NCBI GenBank assembly: GCA_040400605.1
Contig: JBBAPZ010000031.1
Location: 1-20,046, forward strand
Direction: 5' to 3'
Length of the DNA: 20,046 bases
Origin: Candidatus Sericytochromatia bacterium
GTDB taxonomy: Bacteria > Cyanobacteriota > Sericytochromatia > S15B-MN24 > JAQBPE01
The notes below the pieces were generated by a model. The model saw nothing but the letters and a program-made list of their open reading frames with translations. It did not search any database and was not told the DNA's origin. Position 1 is the stretch's first letter. Every line of letters begins with the position of its first letter. Both the position numbers and the translations under genes were made by a program. This document shows, in pieces, positions 16,527 through 20,046 of this stretch.

Positions 16527-16532
16527 TATAAT
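16527..16532 (+). promoter_or_regulatory. Consensus -10 box upstream of the TIGR01777 gene
   Basis: Perfect TATAAT about 16 nt before the AAGGAG RBS. No good -35 seen. Confidence 0.5.
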
Positions 16533-16561
16533 GGGTGTCTGTTGCGACAAGGAGTCCCATG

Positions 16562-18004
16562 ATGTCTGAATTCACCTACCGCACAGCGATGCCGGTCAGC
16601 GCGGAAAAACTGTTTGCCTGGCATGCCCGCGAAGGCGCTTTTGAACGCTTGCTGTCCCCCACCGAAGACATTCAGGTCTTGCAGCACGTCGGCGGTATCC
16701 AGGATGGTGCCTTGCTGGTGATGCGCATGCACGTGGGTCCAGTTCCCATGGAATGGCACGCACGCCATTCCGGGTACGTCGAAGGGCGCACCTTCACGGA
16801 CAAGCAAATCAAGGGCCCCTTCGATTTTTGGCGTCACATTCATGCCTTCCATCCGGTGAACGAGCAGTCGAGCGTGTTGGAAGATGCCATTCGGTATCGT
16901 TTGCCGATGGGGCCGTTGGGCGAACTGGTCGCGGGGGGGGCGATCGCTCAAAAAGTGCAAAACATGTTCCGGTTCCGCCATGCCCGCACGCGTCAGGACC
17001 TGTTGCGCCACGAGGCCAGTGGCTTGGCCCCGATGCGCATCGCCATCACCGGGGCGTCGGGCATGATTGGCAAAGCGCTTTGTGCATTTCTGTCGACGGG
17101 TGGGCATGAGGTGATCAAACTCGTCCGGCAACGGGTGCTGGAACCCAACCAACTGCGCTGGGATCCCCAAGAGGACACCATGAGTGCTGAAACCCTGGCT
17201 GGCTTGGAAGGGGTCGATGCGGTCATCCATCTCGCCGGAGAGAACATCGGAGCCGGACGCTGGACCAAGGCGCGGATGGACGCCATTATGGACAGCCGCC
17301 GTGTGGGCACACGGACCTTGTGCGAAGGGCTGGCACGCCTCAAGAACCCGCCCAAAGTGTTGATTTCGGCTTCCGGCGTCGGATACTACGGTGATCGCGG
17401 CAACGAGGCGATCACAGAAGATGACGGCATTGCCGGCAAGAACTTTCTGGCCGAAGTCTGTCAGGCGTGGGAGCTTGCAACCGTTCCGGCCCAGCAAGCG
17501 GGCATTCGGGTCGTTAACGCGCGCCTGGGCATCGTGGTCAGCCCCCGGGGCGGTGCGATGGCCAAAATGCTGCTTCCCTTCAGCCTCGGCTTGGGCGGTG
17601 TCGTCGGCCCTGGTGGCCAGTGGATGAGCTGGATCGGTCTGGATGATGTCTTGGGCGCCTTGCTTCATTGTCTCAAAACCGACACCCTCACAGGACCCGT
17701 GCATTTTACCGCACCGCAGCCGGTCACCAATGCGGAGTTCACCCGCACCTTGGGCAACGTGCTCAAACGTCCCACGCTCTTCCCGATGCCGACTGCGGCG
17801 GTGCACGCGCTGTTTGGTGCAATGGGGCATGCGTTGCTGATCGAAGGGCAACGGGTCATTCCCGGCAAACTCCTCGAGTCGGGTTTCCGGTTTCAGACCC
17901 CCTACCTCCACGACGCCCTGCAGTGGGAAATGGGCACACCGTGTGGGAACATGGCCCTTGGACTCGGCGAGGCAAAGGTAACGGAATCCTTGGATTTGGG
18001 TTAA
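16562..18004 (+). CDS. TIGR01777/YfcH-family NAD-dependent epimerase-like oxidoreductase fused to an N-terminal SRPBCC domain
   Basis: N-terminal FAWH..GAFERL, FTDKQIKGPFDFWRHIH, then ITGASGMIG, IHLAGENI, SASGVGYYG, FLAEVCQAWE and GGQWMSWI. AAGGAG RBS at 16549-16554 supports ATG 16559 or 16562. Confidence 0.93.
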   Translation: MSEFTYRTAMPVSAEKLFAWHAREGAFERLLSPTEDIQVLQHVGGIQDGALLVMRMHVGPVPMEWHARHSGYVEGRTFTDKQIKGPFDFWRHIHAFHPVNEQSSVLEDAIRYRLPMGPLGELVAGGAIAQKVQNMFRFRHARTRQDLLRHEASGLAPMRIAITGASGMIGKALCAFLSTGGHEVIKLVRQRVLEPNQLRWDPQEDTMSAETLAGLEGVDAVIHLAGENIGAGRWTKARMDAIMDSRRVGTRTLCEGLARLKNPPKVLISASGVGYYGDRGNEAITEDDGIAGKNFLAEVCQAWELATVPAQQAGIRVVNARLGIVVSPRGGAMAKMLLPFSLGLGGVVGPGGQWMSWIGLDDVLGALLHCLKTDTLTGPVHFTAPQPVTNAEFTRTLGNVLKRPTLFPMPTAAVHALFGAMGHALLIEGQRVIPGKLLESGFRFQTPYLHDALQWEMGTPCGNMALGLGEAKVTESLDLG

Positions 18005-18083
18005 TTTTCGTTAAACCCACGCATGCGCGGTGAAGGTCCCGGCGATAACCCCTGTGTCGAGTGTGACCGTGCGGGAGTCAGCC

Positions 18084-18734
18084 GTGAGCGTGGCGATCAC
18101 GAATCATCCAACCCTTACCAATCCAAAGCGCGAGCGAAAGCCAGGCGCGCAAGGTTTGGCGCTGCCAAAACCCGAAGATAACCCCTTTCGGAGCAGTCCA
18201 GCGCGTCGCACCTTGGACACGCTCTCCATCGGCAGTGGCGCGGCGGACGCGGTCGACAAAGTCGTTGAGACGACCCGGACGCTGGAGACGGTGGCCGAAA
18301 GCGCACCGATGTTGTCCGGGGTGGCCTCGCGGGTGGCTGCGGGCGTTTCCCGTGCAGCCAGTGTGGGGGGCCAATTGGCGATGGAGTGGCCATTGCTGAC
18401 CAAAGCGGGGCGTCACTTGAGTCGTTCGGGCCCGGTGTTGGGTCTTGGGGTGGCCGTGGCGGATGTCGCCAAGGCGCGAATGGAGCGCAATCCCCGGCTA
18501 AAGCGGGTTGACGAGGGTCAAGCGGTTTTTAGTGTGGTGAGTGGTGTAGCGGGCTTTGTGGCGGGGGTGGGCAGTGTTTATGGGTTGACGGCTTTGGCGC
18601 CGCTGGTGTTGCCGCTGACGGTGCTGGCGATTGGCACGACCGTGGTGAATGTGGTGGATGGGTTGTTTATGAAAGGGGCGATCGCACGTGCGATCGCCAC
18701 TGGCCTGCGCCGAATGCTGAACATGCCTGCGTGA
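18084..18734 (+). CDS. Hypothetical membrane protein with C-terminal Gly/Ala/Val-rich hydrophobic hairpin
   Basis: The open frame spans 18030-18734. GGGAG at 18073-18077 favours the in-frame GTG at 18084. Polar Pro/Thr-rich N-terminus and two long hydrophobic segments near the C-terminus. Confidence 0.7.
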   Translation: MSVAITNHPTLTNPKRERKPGAQGLALPKPEDNPFRSSPARRTLDTLSIGSGAADAVDKVVETTRTLETVAESAPMLSGVASRVAAGVSRAASVGGQLAMEWPLLTKAGRHLSRSGPVLGLGVAVADVAKARMERNPRLKRVDEGQAVFSVVSGVAGFVAGVGSVYGLTALAPLVLPLTVLAIGTTVVNVVDGLFMKGAIARAIATGLRRMLNMPA

Positions 18735-19089
18735 GTGTGAACAGGGCTTCGACCGTACCGTTTCGGGGTATGCAGTTTGGGTGGTCAACCTGGTCGCGAC
18801 ACTTAGCGAGTGTGCATCAAACTTGCTTTTGACGATGTGGGTGGGAGCACTCGAATTCGGTCTTGTTGCCGTTCTATTTTGGTCTGGTAGCTGCCATCTG
18901 AACAGCGGAATCGATGGTCCCAAGGATGCTTTCTTTCTTGTTTAGAAAAAGAAACAGCCGGGTAAGCTGATAAAAATGGAGGTTTTGCGGGGCGTAAAAA
19001 TTTTAGCCCGAGCGTATTAATGGTGATGCGGAATCACAACCTGTTAGTTGCGTTGAAAAAATGTCAATGACACCAGAAGGGAGATTAAA

Positions 19090-19514
19090 ATGACAGATCC
19101 TGGATTTCCATTACCTGGGTTAGCACCTGGAACGAGACTTGTTGCCCCAAAAGGCAAAGTCAGAGAAAGATTGCGGGAAATCCTCCAAGAACCTTCACAG
19201 CCATCGCTCATTGATCGCATCCTAAATCTTGGGAGTGGCGACAATTTTCAGATAACCCCACCGGCAACGGGGAAGAGCAAGTCCAAGGCTCGACTCAACT
19301 AGCCTGTTGGTCCTCTGGTAGACGGAGAAATCTGGACAAACCGTGCAAGTGTTGATTACATCGGGACCAAATCCATCGATACTGCGTTGGTTCAGCCCCG
19401 ATACCCTACGGGGCAAGACTATACAGAGACGCGTTGAATGGTAATCCAATTTTGCGACTGTTCAAAAACAGCGATTCAGTGCGTGATGTTCTGAGTTTGC
19501 TACTCACGTTTTGA
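19090..19514 (+). pseudogene. Orphan gene, either a 70-aa ORF (19090-19302) or a longer gene broken by a TAG and a frameshift
   Basis: Strong AGAAGGGAG RBS. The frame stays open for 44 codons past TAG 19300-19302, then a shifted frame reads LNGNPILRLFKNSDSVRDVLSLLLTF. Confidence 0.4.
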
Positions 19515-20046
19515 ACAAAAGCGGATGCGTCGCTGTATAGCCTAGAGTCGGGTAGATTCTGTCCATCGGACTAACAATACTGACACGTTAGCCTCGACCA
19601 AACAAACGGCTCGTATGAGATCACGCGGTGCCATGTTATCCAGTACAACAGCGATATGTACAATCGCTATCTTTGCCGACGTACCCGCCTTATGGACGTG
19701 AACGTCCGGGGGCGGATGGACAGCCGTTCGAATCGCAATCACGAACCCGTCGCGCCGTCGAATCACAGGCAAAATGCAACTGCAAACCCAGCGCTTGGGG
19801 TAGTCAACAGCCACTGGCACGGCCGGTAGCACCGAAAAATCCAAACACGCCAGCTCACCTCATTTTCGAGGCATGCTGGCGTCTTTGACTGATTTCAACA
19901 ATCAGAACAATCCCGTCTTAGGTTATCCATCATCACCATGTTTGAACCAGCCGGGATTGTTAGGCCATGACGTGCTCATTCTCCCTTGATAGCCATACCT
20001 GTCGTCTATAACGAAGTGTAACCGCTGGTCGGACCTGAGACACCAG

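Noticed and set aside
16430..17911. 493-aa minus-strand ORF
   Set aside because: Antisense shadow of the TIGR01777 gene.
19300..19302. Genome-wide TAG recoding to explain the open frame past this stop
   Set aside because: sdhB, rpmA and rplU all end at TAG at their expected C-termini.
1..20046. CRISPR array, transposase, integrase, tRNA, rRNA or oriC
   Set aside because: No regularly spaced repeats, recombinase motifs, tRNA cloverleafs or DnaA-box clusters were seen by eye.

Overview
Bacterial chromosomal window, GC-rich and mostly housekeeping. The minus strand carries spoVS, then rplU-rpmA-obgE-proB-nadD-[RecG-like helicase core]-yqeK-rsfS-class I fumarate hydratase. Further left are a stand-alone four-motif MshEN (c-di-GMP receptor-like) gene and a three-gene succinate dehydrogenase operon of the mycobacterial Sdh1 (Rv0249c-0248c-0247c) type. 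The plus strand carries a GT2+TPR glycosyltransferase, an SRPBCC/TIGR01777 fusion, an orphan membrane protein and several broken-looking orphan ORFs. The most striking unexplained element is the first ~600 bp. This ORF-poor stretch lies between a TAGAAT -10 box and a strong hairpin. By hand it folds into a ~500-nt multi-domain RNA with paired 5' and 3' ends, nested junctions and a possible pseudoknot, and I could not match it to any RNA class I recognise. Other oddities are a wedge-less RecG-like helicase with a DDVH Walker B, an L21 with a ~23-aa internal insertion, and a structured L21-leader-like RNA. No CRISPR array, tRNA, rRNA or transposase was seen. All calls come from reading the sequence; no searches or folding programs were run.
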